DNA of 63,376 nt, counting the filler, from Globobulimina sp. (lineage: Eukaryota), in NCBI GenBank assembly GCA_003354225.1. It is 31 parts of 31 records of this genome, joined end to end, with 100 filler letters (N's around TTAATTAATTAA, not from the genome) between each part and the next. Parts side by side here need not be neighbours in the genome. Positions count along the whole stretch, not along the records: positions 22,537 to 24,484 come from PIVH01010306.1; positions 24,585 to 26,532 come from PIVH01010307.1; positions 26,633 to 28,580 come from PIVH01010308.1; positions 28,681 to 30,628 come from PIVH01010309.1; positions 30,729 to 32,676 come from PIVH01010310.1; positions 32,777 to 34,724 come from PIVH01010311.1; positions 34,825 to 36,772 come from PIVH01010312.1; 24 more parts are not named here. The stretch is one strand, 5' to 3'. The position numbers and the translations under genes were made by a program. Shown piece by piece: positions 24,100 through 36,691 of the stretch (within the stretch, counting starts at the first letter, position 1; the number at the start of each line of letters is the position of its first letter). The notes beneath the pieces were generated by a model. The model saw only the letters and a program-made list of their open reading frames with translations. It was not told where the DNA came from and did not search any database.

Positions 24100-24484
24100 T
24101 TACAATTTTTGAATTTCCTCAAATATCTTTAAACGATGTTGCCAATTATTTATTCCAAAATCAATTTTTAAATGATTCGTTGTCATTTGTTTTAATCCAC
24201 ATCCATTTACTTCATCTTCTTCAAATTTATGTTTCAAATCGTACTTTTGAGCTAATTCTTTCATATTATCCGTATCGCACCATTCCAATACCTCATTCAT
24301 AGTCCAGTCTTGCACATTTTTGCTCCATTTTCTTTTTTTTGGTTGTGGTTCATCACTAATAATATCAATTGTATTTCTTTTTCTTTTTCTTTTTTTATTA
24401 TCACTACAAATACATTCAGCAGACATATCGTATATATATGGCATACTAACGGATTGCATTGCATCGGTCGCCGATCGCTTAGCT
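24100..24484 (-). CDS. C-terminal SAM-domain protein fragment
   Basis: WTMNEVLEW...FEEDEVNGCGLKQMTTNHLKIDFGINNWQHRLKIFEEIQKL is a typical SAM pattern. Confidence 0.8.
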
Positions 24485-24584
24485 NNNNNNNNNNNNNNNN
24501 NNNNNNNNNNNNNNNNNNNNNNNNNNNNTTAATTAATTAANNNNNNNNNNNNNNNNNNNNNNNNNNNNNNNNNNNNNNNNNNNN

Positions 24585-26078
24585 CATCAAAGTCACAGTA
24601 AAATATCAATGCCATTATGTTTTCCAGACACAAGGAGGCATTCATACCAATTCCAAATGCATTATTACCATCGCTACGAATCTGTTTTATAACATTTGAT
24701 TGTTGCAATAGTATAGTTGCACGGATATGAGTCTCTATAAATTTTGATATTTCTAATGGACAAAATATATTATCCATAAGCTCTAATTTCAAATTATCAT
24801 ATTTTTTGCCTATATAATATGGAGAAGATTTACAACTGTCCCAATACACAAATTTTCGACCAAATTCGCATCGATTGTCGTAATGAAATTTATCAGTTTG
24901 TTTCTCTTCATTCAGCTTCAATGAACGTAATGGTTTTTTATCTGTGAAAATGTAAAACATTTTATTTGTTTGACAGTCAAAAAAAACAAATATAACACTC
25001 AACGCATTGCATCGAGGAAGAATTTGCTTTTTAAAAATCTATTCTTTTGCCCACGAACTCGCTGTAACCGTTTCTTGTGAGGCCACAAATATTTTTTTAA
25101 TTCCTTCAATGGAGTGTCTATAAAATGTTGATTATTATCTTTAAACTCTGGTTCTTTGGAAAGGAGGGATTGGAATTCTTTATGTTTGATTTTTAATCCA
25201 TTATCAAATGCATGCAGCAGTGTACAATGAATCGTGTCTAATAAATCTCTGTACACATTCACATCGTGATTGTGTATCTCTTCATCCATATCTTGTTCAT
25301 GAATGCGATTATTTCGTTGATAACATTCGCAAAAATTAATATTACAATAAAAATTAAGTGTTTTTTGAATTAACTCGTATGATTTATTGGTGTTACAGTG
25401 GGTGTTGGAAGAACTGTATTCATTCAAATGATAATCTAATACGTGATGGTAATCATTGATCAATTGTTTATAGGAATGAATATATCTTAAATAGCCATCC
25501 TTATATGGACTATAATGTGAATGCAATCGAATTATATTTGATAAGCGTTTGATTGATAGACACGAGCGGATGGTTCGACATTTATTACTAAAATCTTTAC
25601 TGAATAATATTACCTTTTTTATGTATCTGATCCATTCATTCATATCACATTTATTTTGCGCAATAAAAATACGTTTTTCTTGTTTTACGGATATTAATTC
25701 AAACTGACCGCTGGTTTTACCGTTTTTCACCATTTTTGCAGTTCGAAATAATTTTAAATCAAATATTTCTGTCGGATCATGGTATGCTTGCATCTCTTTG
25801 TATGAATACAAATATTTTCCTTTTAATACCATCCATCTTTGACGCACCTTCTTTAAATGAATTGATTCTTTTCGTAAAAATCCTTCTTTGATCACATCGG
25901 CATTCTCTTTAAATTTTATGTGTGTTATTGCTTGGCCAATCATACCATCATTTAATCCAATATTTATTAGTTTATTATACAATGAAGCTGTTGATGCTGA
26001 TTTAGTATTATTTACTTCCAGGTCATTACGACCATCATCGCCTTGTCTGTCACTGTCGTTGTTATCATTTTCTGCCAT
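24585..26078 (-). CDS. PH domain + Cys/His-rich module + N-terminal part of the ART-associated helical region, 3'-truncated
   Basis: IKEGFLRKES...RQRWMVLKGKYLYSYK...MNEWIRYI (PH domain); C-x4-C...DYHHVLDYH...C-x4-C...DTIHCTLLH; after an intron, KYDNLKLELMDN...LIFYCDFD is homologous to the 16393-18340 gene. Confidence 0.75.
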
Positions 26079-26390
26079 GTGAGCAAGTCACAGTTACATG
26101 AGAAGTTTTTGTTTCTTTTGTTCATATCAATAGGGTTTTTGCTTTTAGTTCATTTCTTCAATGAACGCTTTGATAATTGAAGAAAAAAAAACCTTTGTCA
26201 TTTAGAAACATAACATTTTGCTTTCGTCATGGCACTCAGCGAATTACAAATGCAATCTCAATCCAATGCACAGTCCTCAAACTCCTGCCTAGCTCAAGTA
26301 GATCACTGGATAGATATATCCAGAAGATTCAGGTTCAAAGCCTGAGGCGGCCCCAACAAATTATTTATTATTATGGGTATTTATTATGGT

Positions 26391-26532
26391 TTCATGGACA
26401 GATTGGCGCAGTTTTTGCGATATTGGATCGCGTACAAACTGCACAATGACAGCGGCTGGAAAGGCATCAAAGTGATTCTGTCCGACGCCAATATTCCCGG
26501 CGAAGGCGAGCATAAAATCGCGCAGTTTGTGC
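26391..26532 (+). other. Fragment of XRN-family 5'-3' exoribonuclease (XRN1/XRN2)
   Basis: [13 protein letters not shown]...[26 protein letters not shown] content rises abruptly, the upstream TPGT motif is missing and there is no splice acceptor. Confidence 0.85.
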
Positions 26533-26868
26533 NNNNNNNNNNNNNNNNNNNNNNNNNNNNNNNNNNNNNNNNNNNNTTAATTAATTAANNNNNNNNNNNN
26601 NNNNNNNNNNNNNNNNNNNNNNNNNNNNNNNNTCTGTAATGTGTTTTATGTTTTTATTTATTTTACCTGAGGTGGTGACAAAACAGCATCCAACTGAGAT
26701 ATCACAAAATCCAATTGACTCACAAGAGACATTGTTTTGAATCAAATGATAGATTATAAGCAGTCGTGACTTGTAATCAAGAGATTAACAGACCGTGATT
26801 TAAACATAAATTGTTCAAAAACTTGTAAGCACTGCGTCGAACTTGAAAGAGATAATGGGAAACCCTCA

Positions 26869-28248
26869 ATGATTAATTACAAAGTAATAATTTGCCACAT
26901 TCTCCTAATCACAGCCATGGCAAATCCGGGGAACTATATCCCACCTCATTTAAGGCATAAAGCTAATAATGAACATTGTCCGCCAAGTCATCTGATACAA
27001 GACGCACCAAACTATATTGGCAAAACCAATGATATTTATCACGAGTTAAGCAGGTTACAGCAAGAATTCCCAAATCATTATAAACCGCTCATTAAACGAG
27101 ATATTGTTAAAATCTCCAAAGAAGATACAGAAAACAAAAGCATCCATGACAATCAAATCAATTTTAATATGATGCAATTCAATACATTGGCAGATGGGCT
27201 ATCGGGTGCACTCTCACCTTTAAACCCAGTGTTTGTCCATTCTGATCGTGAATGTATTCACTTTAAATATCGAGGTTTCCGTCTGATTGAAGAAATATTA
27301 CGGTTTAAACCAGATATAATCACAGCACAAGAAATCGATCAAATTGCTTTCTTTCATCATTACTTATCTCCATTTGGGTATAAATATATTTATACCACAA
27401 AACCATCTTCGCCGTGTTGGCGCGTCGGGAAAAGCTTGAACATAAACCTGCCGCCGGACGGAAGTGCTGTGTTCTGGAACAGCAAAATATTTTCACTGAT
27501 AAAAAGTTACAAATATGGAAAACATGTCGATCCAAACGCACCCAAAGACATTCGCAATCTGGCTGCGTCTGTTGCACATTTGAGGCATAATACAAATGAA
27601 AATAAACAGATAATTGTCGCATCGACACATTTGAAAGCATCGCTTTCAATGCAAGCAGATAGGCAAAGAATAAGACAGCTGTTATATTTGTTGTCTGCGC
27701 TGAGAACATTATGTAAGAACAATAGCGATATTCCATTGTTTATTGGAACTGATTTTAACTCTCCTTCAGAAAGCATTGGCTCATTTTTTCCTTATGCTTA
27801 TCAATCAGTTATGAATGGGAAATATTTGCTGGATAAATTGAATGACTTTGTTGATAAACAAGAAAGCAATGAAGTTAAAAGTGGTAAAGAAGAGGAAAAA
27901 ACATTGAATAATGGGGAACAATGCATTGCGAAGTTTGATTTTGGTGATGATGGTGATATGATAAAGAAAGTTTGCGGTTTATTGAAGGATGGATACGAAT
28001 ATAATTACGGATTGCAATTAAAAAGTGCGTATTGTTGTGGTGAATATAAAGGAAAGCGATTTGGGATTAATCCACATTTTACGTGCACTTTGGGAGGATT
28101 AAATAGTTTGGATTTTATTTTCTTTGAACCACACAAAAATGTCGAGATTACACATTTATTGACAACACCAGAAGTTCAACAAATATATACACCACGATGG
28201 GATTATCCATCTGACCATTTTTCTTTGATGGCTACAGTCAGACTGTAA
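26869..28248 (+). CDS. Nocturnin/CCR4-like EEP-family phosphatase/deadenylase
   Basis: MQFNTLADGL, PDIITAQEID, DGSAVFW, STHLKA, GTDFNS, LDFIFF and YPSDHFSL motifs; the true start may be ATG 26917. Confidence 0.9.
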   Translation: MINYKVIICHILLITAMANPGNYIPPHLRHKANNEHCPPSHLIQDAPNYIGKTNDIYHELSRLQQEFPNHYKPLIKRDIVKISKEDTENKSIHDNQINFNMMQFNTLADGLSGALSPLNPVFVHSDRECIHFKYRGFRLIEEILRFKPDIITAQEIDQIAFFHHYLSPFGYKYIYTTKPSSPCWRVGKSLNINLPPDGSAVFWNSKIFSLIKSYKYGKHVDPNAPKDIRNLAASVAHLRHNTNENKQIIVASTHLKASLSMQADRQRIRQLLYLLSALRTLCKNNSDIPLFIGTDFNSPSESIGSFFPYAYQSVMNGKYLLDKLNDFVDKQESNEVKSGKEEEKTLNNGEQCIAKFDFGDDGDMIKKVCGLLKDGYEYNYGLQLKSAYCCGEYKGKRFGINPHFTCTLGGLNSLDFIFFEPHKNVEITHLLTTPEVQQIYTPRWDYPSDHFSLMATVRL

Positions 28249-28370
28249 GGTGCTATGAAGTTATGTAGTGACAAAATTCAGTTTATATAAATAAATATAT
28301 AATAACACTAGGTCATTGCTAGGATTACTTAAGACTGGTGATTTTTAACATTTTATCATTTTTTTAACTT

Positions 28371-28580
28371 TTACGGCTTTTGGAGGCTGGGCAATCTGAT
28401 TAAAATAGGAATCACTCTGAACACGACTCCTATCACAATCATGCAAATAACATTGTTGTTATACACTGCGTCATCCACACTATATCCATAATATTCACTT
28501 TGTGACTCTTTCATCGCATCAAACACTGCCGGCCATGCATTAATTTCCTTCATCCATAACGCTTCCTGCTGTCATCGAGC
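28371..28580 (-). CDS. Possible C-terminus of an ABCG-type transporter
   Basis: EALWMKE...YGY...CMIVIGVVFRVI resembles the last TM of the ABC2 membrane domain. Confidence 0.45.
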
Positions 28581-28680
28581 NNNNNNNNNNNNNNNNNNNN
28601 NNNNNNNNNNNNNNNNNNNNNNNNTTAATTAATTAANNNNNNNNNNNNNNNNNNNNNNNNNNNNNNNNNNNNNNNNNNNN

Positions 28681-30628
28681 ATATCCAGCACAGCCATACA
28701 ATGCGTTGTGTGACGGTGGAGCTTGTCCTACAATGTGCGATGGTGACTCTTATAGTGCGGGTACCTGTGATGGAACAGGTGCGTTGACTGTGTATTTATT
28801 GTTCAATTTGGTTAACATTAATTTTAAACGTGTTTAATATAAGGATGTGATGGCAGCAATATAGATTGCAACGATGGAACTATTAACAAAAGTGCAGGGC
28901 GCGATATTTGTAGTTCACCAACAACGAGCACCACAAAAACACCCACTGCCCCCACTACCTCTGCCGCGCCAACTGCGCCAACCACAACAACAGCAGCTCC
29001 GACTAAAAACCCTGTGTCAGGTAATGATATATCCCTTTTTTATATATATAAAATTAAACAATATTCAAATGTTGACAGGTCCAGCATCGTGTTATATGCT
29101 CGAGAATTATCAATTTAGTTCGTTTAATGGCGAATGGCAATATGTGGGGTTATATGATTCCAAACCTTCTTATGTGCATACGACCGGTGGTTATTATTTA
29201 GAGTGGATCAGTGCGTGGGGATATAATTCAATGCATGATCCACCACAAGGCTCCACCACTATTTATGGATACTGCGATGAGGCGGAGATTGCAGATTGTA
29301 CTGCCGGAACATGGTATTATTATAATGGTGCAATGACATTAGATTCAAATGCTGCAATGACGCCCTGTCCGCCCAGTCCGACTGAGGTAGCAACACCGAG
29401 TCCAACGTCCATCCCAACACAGAGTCCAGTGCCTAATCCAACTGATAATCCAACCAAAAGTCCAACACTTAATCCAATTCCAAGTCCGACGCGTAACCCA
29501 AATCCCAGTCCAACCCGCAATCCCAATGCAAATCCAACGGGCGTTACTAATGCACCCACTACGCCCACACCAACAATGTATCAGACATGTTGTGGATGTA
29601 CAGCCACTACACAGGGTGTGGCTGGATGTGCTGCAGATATTCCGTGTCAGACAGACGTTTGTGATGCGGATTCGTATTGTTGTGGTACTGAATGGGATGC
29701 AACATGTGCAGGTATTGTATATTTGTATTGTATATATAGTTTGGAAGCAGTTTTTATTTCAAAAATGATATATATAGCTGCTGCAAATACCATTTGTATT
29801 TCTACCTCGTCACCAACGGCTCCTACAAGAAATCCATCAGCGAATACACCGAATCCCACCGCAAGGCCAACAACACCACCTTCTCCAAATCCGTCAGTAA
29901 ATCCAACCGAGAGACCGAGCAGAGTTCCTTCGGAAAGTCCAACTGAGAGACCGAGCAGAGAGCCTTCGAAAAATCCAACTAAATTCCCCTCATCCAATCC
30001 CACCACAAAGCCCACTGACAGTCCAACTGATAATCCAATACGACCTGGTATGTCTTAAAAAACACAGTAGCTCAAAAGCAAAATTGTCATCCCCAAAACA
30101 GTGGGAACGATGTTCCTTCGCAGAGCGAACAATTTTTATAAAAACTAAAACAAAATCACGGAAACTGTATTACGTTTTTGGGTAAAGTGATATTTGCGTT
30201 TTTGTGGCTAAATTCTTTTTTCAATAATCTCAAATTTGGTCAAGTTTAAACACTTTTGAATACGAAATTAAACATTTTCGAAAACATGATATCCCACATT
30301 CCCACTAGTGACCTAACCGCAGTCACAACTATTTTTGGAAGACGGAGGAAGTGTGTTGGGAGGTTAAATTAAGATCGCTTTGCCATGATAAAAAAGGCAA
30401 AATAAATATATAAATAAAAGTGTGCACATAACCCAGACAATCAAAGATATATAAAAACAGTGATCGGACTTCAACTTTTGGAGTTTAATATTCATCGATC
30501 ATGAACATGAATACACAGCAACACCTACGAAAGCACCAACAAATCCAAGTCCAACGCCATCACCTTCAACTCCACCAACTATCTCTCCCACTGACAAACC
30601 CACCGCATCACCCACAAAATCACCAACA
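28681..30628 (+). CDS. Extracellular Pro/Thr (PT/PS-repeat) mucin-like protein with Cys-rich modules, multi-exon, partial
   Basis: Tracts of PTxxPTxxPS repeats; an aromatic/Cys domain; CQTDVCDADSYCCGTEWDATC module; GT-AG introns at 29021-29078, 29712-29777 and from about 30048. Confidence 0.8.
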
Positions 30629-30728
30629 NNNNNNNNNNNNNNNNNNNNNNNNNNNNNNNNNNNNNNNNNNNNTTAATTAATTAANNNNNNNNNNNNNNNN
30701 NNNNNNNNNNNNNNNNNNNNNNNNNNNN

Positions 30729-32639
30729 GTCGCTACCATCCCAGCTATTACCCCGTGCGTGGGGTGTACCCCTATGCCCATCCGAGCTATCCGCACCCCA
30801 ATGCGCCCAGCAACAATCCGTCGCGCACCGCTGGCGTAACTGGTGCCGCTGCCAGCTACCAATCCCGTGTCGCACCGCACGGCTATCCGTCCGCTACGGG
30901 CTATCCCTACCACCCGTCGTATATGACAGCGGCCGCCGCTGCTGCGGCCGGGATGGGCGCATTGCAACGTGTCCCGGGCACAAATCCCAATGTAAATAGA
31001 GCGCCGCGGGGGTACCCACAGCCTATGGGGGCCGCGACAGCTGCACCACAGCAACATTCATCATATGCACGAAACAACACAAACAATCAAAACCAGCCAA
31101 CTAGAAACCCGACACAAACGCATAGTAATCCCAATCCCCGACAACAACAGCAAGCAATGCCACCCAGCAGTGCTGGCAATGTCGCTGCCAATGCCAATAT
31201 AAGCAATAATAACGCGGCGCGGATGAATAGCAATGTCGCTGCGAACGCAGGCAATCCACGTATGCCTGGCGGCGTTGCCTATGGCCGAAGAGCGCCGCCG
31301 TACGCACCGGCGACGCGGGTAACGGGCGCCTCGTTGGCTGGCAGTGGCGGCCCGCCCTCGTCCTATACACACCAACAGAGGCAGCATATAAATGCTATGA
31401 GGCAGCAACAGAGGGCGCAGTATCAAGCTGGCCATGCGCAGAGTGCTGCGGCTGCTCAGTATCAACGGCAAGCGCAGAGTAATAATAATAACGCCAACGC
31501 CAATCAGCCAGGCAACAGAAATAGAAATATAGCCTCGCCGCATGGACCGGTGCCGGTGTCTGGCCATGGACAGAGTAACAATAATAATCATCCAACTCCG
31601 TCCCAACAGGGCTCACGGAGCAGTTTGTCGCAGCCGCCGAGGCTCGAACAGCATACCACGAACAATGGTAATCGCGCGGGGATGAATAAAAGCCAATTTA
31701 TGAATAGTCCGCGGCCGTCATTACCGGGCACCATTTCGCATGATAACAGCGGCCGAAATGCAGCCAGCAAACAATTAGCGCCGTTGCATAGTACGGCATT
31801 GTTCAAAAATGCAAGAAACAAACAATATGGCAATGGAACTAAAAAACAAACACTACAAAAGCAGCAGCAACAAAATCCATTTGGACCGACCAATAATAAG
31901 AACACAACGAATGCGCCGAACACATTGGGTCTGCCGGCGATCAATGGCAACAATGCGAAGAATATGAGTAAGAACGCAAGCGACCATGATCTGAATAAAC
32001 ATGAGACAGAATCTGAAGGTAAATAAAAATATTGGTATACATTTTGTTGTGTTGACTTTGTATTTGTTGGACTTTGTTGATTTAATATTGTTCTCGTTTT
32101 ACATTTTAAGCGTTCTTGTCACACATTATTTAAATTGATGAAAAGACATAACTCCAAAACACACAATATCTCTTTTAAATGTTTTTTTATTTTAATTTGT
32201 TTTTTAACCGGTTGTTACATGACAATATATAGCGACCAATGGATTTGTGTCGATGCCGGCAATGGGTTCGGTGGCCAATGTTGCTCCAATCACCAGAATC
32301 AATCAAGCAATGAACCCGACTGCTTTGCCAAGCAATCTTTTGATGGAAGGACAGCTGCAACGAGAAAGCTTTAACAATCAGCCCGGTTTCTATGCAAACC
32401 ATACAAACAATGCAGGTTCGCATATTTTGAGTTGCCCTCTGCACTCTGTTTCATTTCCCAATGCAAACAATGTATATTCAGCGCAAACCTCCTCGCTATC
32501 GAATAATAATAATAATAATGCCACGCCATCGCACGGATCCACATCATCGCAATCCTCGATCGATACCATTCTAACCAGGAACTTCCATCGACACAGAACA
32601 AGTTATCTCAATCCATCTCACTCTGTATACACTCACTGA
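30729..32639 (+). CDS. Low-complexity Q/N/A/P-rich (disordered) protein, C-terminal part
   Basis: GC-richer long ORF; a probable intron from about 32019 to 32231 joins it to ORF 32247-32639. Confidence 0.65.
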
Positions 32640-32776
32640 CGCTCTGTGCGTATATCTTTAGATCACAATAAAGCGCNNNNNNNNNNNNNNNNNNNNNNNN
32701 NNNNNNNNNNNNNNNNNNNNTTAATTAATTAANNNNNNNNNNNNNNNNNNNNNNNNNNNNNNNNNNNNNNNNNNNN

Positions 32777-34438
32777 AAACCACTGTGCCCAATGTACAAG
32801 AAACCCTCCACACTGCGAACAGACCAGCCATTTATCCAAATATGGAGCCGGCCAGCTTGAAAGAACAATTTGTTTCCGCCATAGCATACATTGACTTGCC
32901 TTCAATAATTATCGCACCAGTTTCGTATCTATTGATCAAATCGCATTCACCAATAATCTAAGTATAATTTTCTTTTTTTGTACTTACAGTTTGCAGGATA
33001 TTTGGTTCACAAATATAATTCTAAAATATCATTGATTATTTTCATGGTTTTGTGTTTCATGGGCTCAGGGTTGTGCTCTTTAAGTATTTTCTATCATATC
33101 TGGTTTTTGTTTCCTAGGGGAAGAGTGATCTTTGGATTAGGCGTTGGTTGTTTGCGTATCGCGGTAAACTGTGTGATAAAAGAATCTGTATCAGCTGAAC
33201 AACTCTCATTATACATGCAATTCCCCAGAACTGCAGAAAAGACAGCTTCATTATTTGACGGCTATTTTGTCAGTTGGTCCAAAGTTAAACAAACCTATAA
33301 TTGGGGAGCGGAGTGGGTGGCTTTGCCGTTTTTTGTAGGCACTGCATTAATTGCAATATCATTACCCTTTTTTGGTTTGTTTTTCTATGAACCACGAAAC
33401 CAAAATGATATCATCGATCAAGAAGAAAGAAACAGAAAAAAAGAATTAGAACAACCCATTGGAATAACTCCCGATGGCGGTGACAGCACACCAGACACAC
33501 AAGAGACAACCAGTCAAAATAAAATCGAATCTGATGACGTTTCTAAGCCATTGATATTTGTTTGGACGAAAATTAAAACATTTCCCAAATCATATTGGTT
33601 GATAATATTAATGTCATTCTTTATTGATGCGTGCACTGGAACTTATCAAGGCGTATTGCCACAATTTCTGAATATCTATGATATTCCTGAAAGTCCCACA
33701 TCATTTTGGCAGCAACCTGCAAACATTCGGCAGATTCCGGCGTATTTTGCTATATTAGCACCGATATTTGGGCTAATTGTTGATTGGTCCGCAGATCAGA
33801 GATACTTACTGTTGATTGGAGGCTGTATTGGATTGGTATTTCACCATATAATTAATGTGATTTTTGCAGTGGCGCAGTATTGTAAACATGAATGGATTCA
33901 TTCGTTTGTATGGGTGCTTTATCCAAATTTATTATTTGAAGGGTTTTCAAATGCATTTATTGGTAGTATTTTGATCCCGGGAATAGCATTTGTCACTGAC
34001 AGGTCTGCATTATCTGTGGCGTATGGTTGTCATGCAAGTATTGGAGCATCTGCAAGTTTTTTGTTTACAAAATGTATATCTTTGCTCGTTGGACTGCAAA
34101 TGAAAGCTATTGCGGATGGAGCACAAACGGACGAAACACTGCCTGTTACAATCTATGCTATATTGATGTGCATTATATTTGCTATATGTAGTGTGTTGGG
34201 GATGTTATTGATGTTTGTATTTGTATATTACTACAAACAAAATATTTGTCCTCAAGTCGTTGTTCAAGAACCAAGAGATGATGGGATTAAAATTATACAA
34301 CATATGGAAGAAAATGATGACATTGCAACGATTCGTCAAATTACCAAGAGCTCGAACAAAAAACGTCCAAAGTTATTGGAAGCCTCAAGAATACGTAGAA
34401 GAAGTACTTCTGCTCATTATATCTCAAGATTTGGTTAA
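32777..34438 (+). CDS. MFS transporter (MFSD1-like), partial
   Basis: About 11 TM segments in two bundles; AGYLVHKY, GRVIFGLG and PIFGLIVDW motifs. Confidence 0.8.
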
Positions 34439-34946
34439 ACTTAAAATTGTATTGTTAAACTTATTTAACAACGTTGAACAGAAAGGCAAATATTTTGAAA
34501 TTGTAAAACTTATTTTGTTTCCACAAGTCTTGAGTTTGGATTCAATGACAGTCCTATTGTTGAAAAAAGAAAACATAAAAATAAACCAACTACATATATG
34601 TCAACATCAACTTGAGAAATGTGCTGAGATTGGTCTTCTTTGATTGCTCATAATATACGAAATAAAAGTTGTCAACTCTCCAAGAAAATGTTTTTACTTT
34701 GCATCCTAGCGTCAGTTGTTGTTANNNNNNNNNNNNNNNNNNNNNNNNNNNNNNNNNNNNNNNNNNNNTTAATTAATTAANNNNNNNNNNNNNNNNNNNN
34801 NNNNNNNNNNNNNNNNNNNNNNNNGGGAACAATTTTGCTGTTGAACATTTGTTGCTAAAGTGAAATTCTAAAACAGGAAATTCGAAAAACCGCCACCGCC
34901 TTAACTTATTAGACAGACTTTAATTACTGCTGTGCAGATAGATATA

Positions 34947-35170
34947 CAGTCAGACCTCGTTATAGTGGACCTCTGTATAGTGGATCCCTCGCTATAGTGG
35001 ACGAAAATACGATTTACAAACGTTTTTACGCGTTATAGTACCTCGATATAGAGGACTTCGATCGAAGTTCGAACCTCGCTATAGTGGATGATTTTCGCTT
35101 TCCCAACGTACAATTTTAGTGTTAAAGTACCTCGTGGACAGAATTTCGACAATACCTTGTTATAGTGGAC
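34947..35170 (+). mobile_element. Left end of a pogo/Tigger-like DNA element with subterminal repeats
   Basis: TA|CAGTCAGACCTCG terminus. About six copies of CCTCGnTATAGTGGAC at 34955, 34970, 34987, 35041, 35074 and 35155. Confidence 0.65.
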
Positions 35171-35432
35171 ATTTTCAAACAATTTCTAATAGTTCTAGTT
35201 ATTGTTTATTGTGTTCTTATTCACAACATGCAACATTATTCATCACAAGTCACAAAACAACATACACACACGGCCTCCTTGCCTGTACATATGTATACCA
35301 ATTTTAGAATATCCATTTTAGCATTTACAAGGAAAAATCAGGTGGTACGATAACTTTGGATCAAACATTGAGTGGCAGTGTCGATCTTGATAAAACCTTA
35401 AGCTTGGAAGCAGCACGTTTGTCGTAAGTCAT

Positions 35433-35576
35433 ATATCGACGTTGTAGTACAAAAATGAGCCAAGTCCAGTATTTCTCAAAATTATAACGTAAATCGATTT
35501 CATACCCTTATTATAACTATTTCAAATTTAGTAATTTTTCTGTACTTGGCTCATTTTTGCACCACAGCATCGATAT
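35433..35576. mobile_element. MITE/hairpin element copy 1 (33-bp TIRs)
   Basis: ATATCGACGTTGTAGTACAAAAATGAGCCAAGT ... ACTTGGCTCATTTTTGCACCACAGCATCGATAT, 4 mismatches between arms. Confidence 0.75.
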
Positions 35577-36542
35577 GTAATAATCAGACAGTCAGATATA
35601 GATGCCCCTTTTCGCGACTGCTTCAAACATTTAGTCAAAGTTAATCCTAAGTTTGAAGCAAGCGAAGCAGTATAAATAAATAGTAATCTACAGTTTAACC
35701 TTTGTCATCGTTTTTAGACTTAAGGCAGTCACACACGAAGGAGACAAAGATTTGGATACAAGTGTTGGATCTGCTCGACCATCGTAAGCCAATTTTTGTT
35801 GCTTATAATTTATTTGTCTTTATTCGTGCCACTTGCTTCATACATCGTATTATTACTCAATCGGTTTCTTTGCTTCATACAATAAGCCCAGGAGGTTAAA
35901 TTCCATTATTAGATTAGCTAACTCAAGTATCATTAGTCACACCCTGAAACGGAGTCCTAACTGACTGAGACTAGTCAACTCAACTCAGATAAGTATTTCA
36001 GACTTTACAAGTAGTACTGACATTCTTGTTGTCACAATCAATTGCGACATAAATACACTTTGTTTAATCATTTATATGAAACATTATTCAGCAATTGAAT
36101 ATTCATATACATTACTTATCCAACCCGATGGCAGATTCGATTACAATGGCCATTGATTTAATCAATGAAGTGATGAATAATGTTGCACTGACATTTTATC
36201 AAATGCCAATTTTATTTGCCTCTCTGATTTGTGTGCTGCCATTACAGTCATTTACTCACTTCTCTCCTCAGTACAGTACAGTCATGCTTAAAATTCATTC
36301 AGTATTCATTCTTAAAATTCAGTACTATAAAATGGTAATATTACTATACTGTGTGGAACTGATACTATAATAAAATGGTACCATAGTGATTTATATGTGA
36401 TACTACATATATTCATCTATTATAGTCTGTGTAGTAGGTGCATTCATTAATCAACATTGTAGTTTAGATACAACACTGACATAAATACATTCAAACACTC
36501 ATACAGTGACGCTGTGTGGCTTTGCCACACAGCGTCACTAGT

Positions 36543-36691
36543 ATATCGATGGCATGGAGCCAGAATGAGCTAAGTACAATATAATTGGTAAAAATGAAAT
36601 CATTATAATTAGGGTATGAAAGCGTTTTATAATTTAATTTTGAAAAATACAGTACTTGACTTGGCTCATTCTGGCTCCATGCCATCGATAT
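36543..36691. mobile_element. MITE/hairpin element copy 2, inverted relative to copy 1
   Basis: ATATCGATGGCATGGAGCCAGAATGAGCTAAGT ... ACTTGGCTCATTCTGGCTCCATGCCATCGATAT, 1 mismatch. Internal TTATAATTAGGGTATGAAA is the near reverse complement of the copy 1 interior. Confidence 0.75.

Noticed and set aside
34955..35170. Short repeats with variable spacers resembling a CRISPR array
   Set aside because: The repeats are about 16 nt, degenerate and irregularly spaced, follow a TA-CAGT transposon-like end, and have no cas genes nearby.
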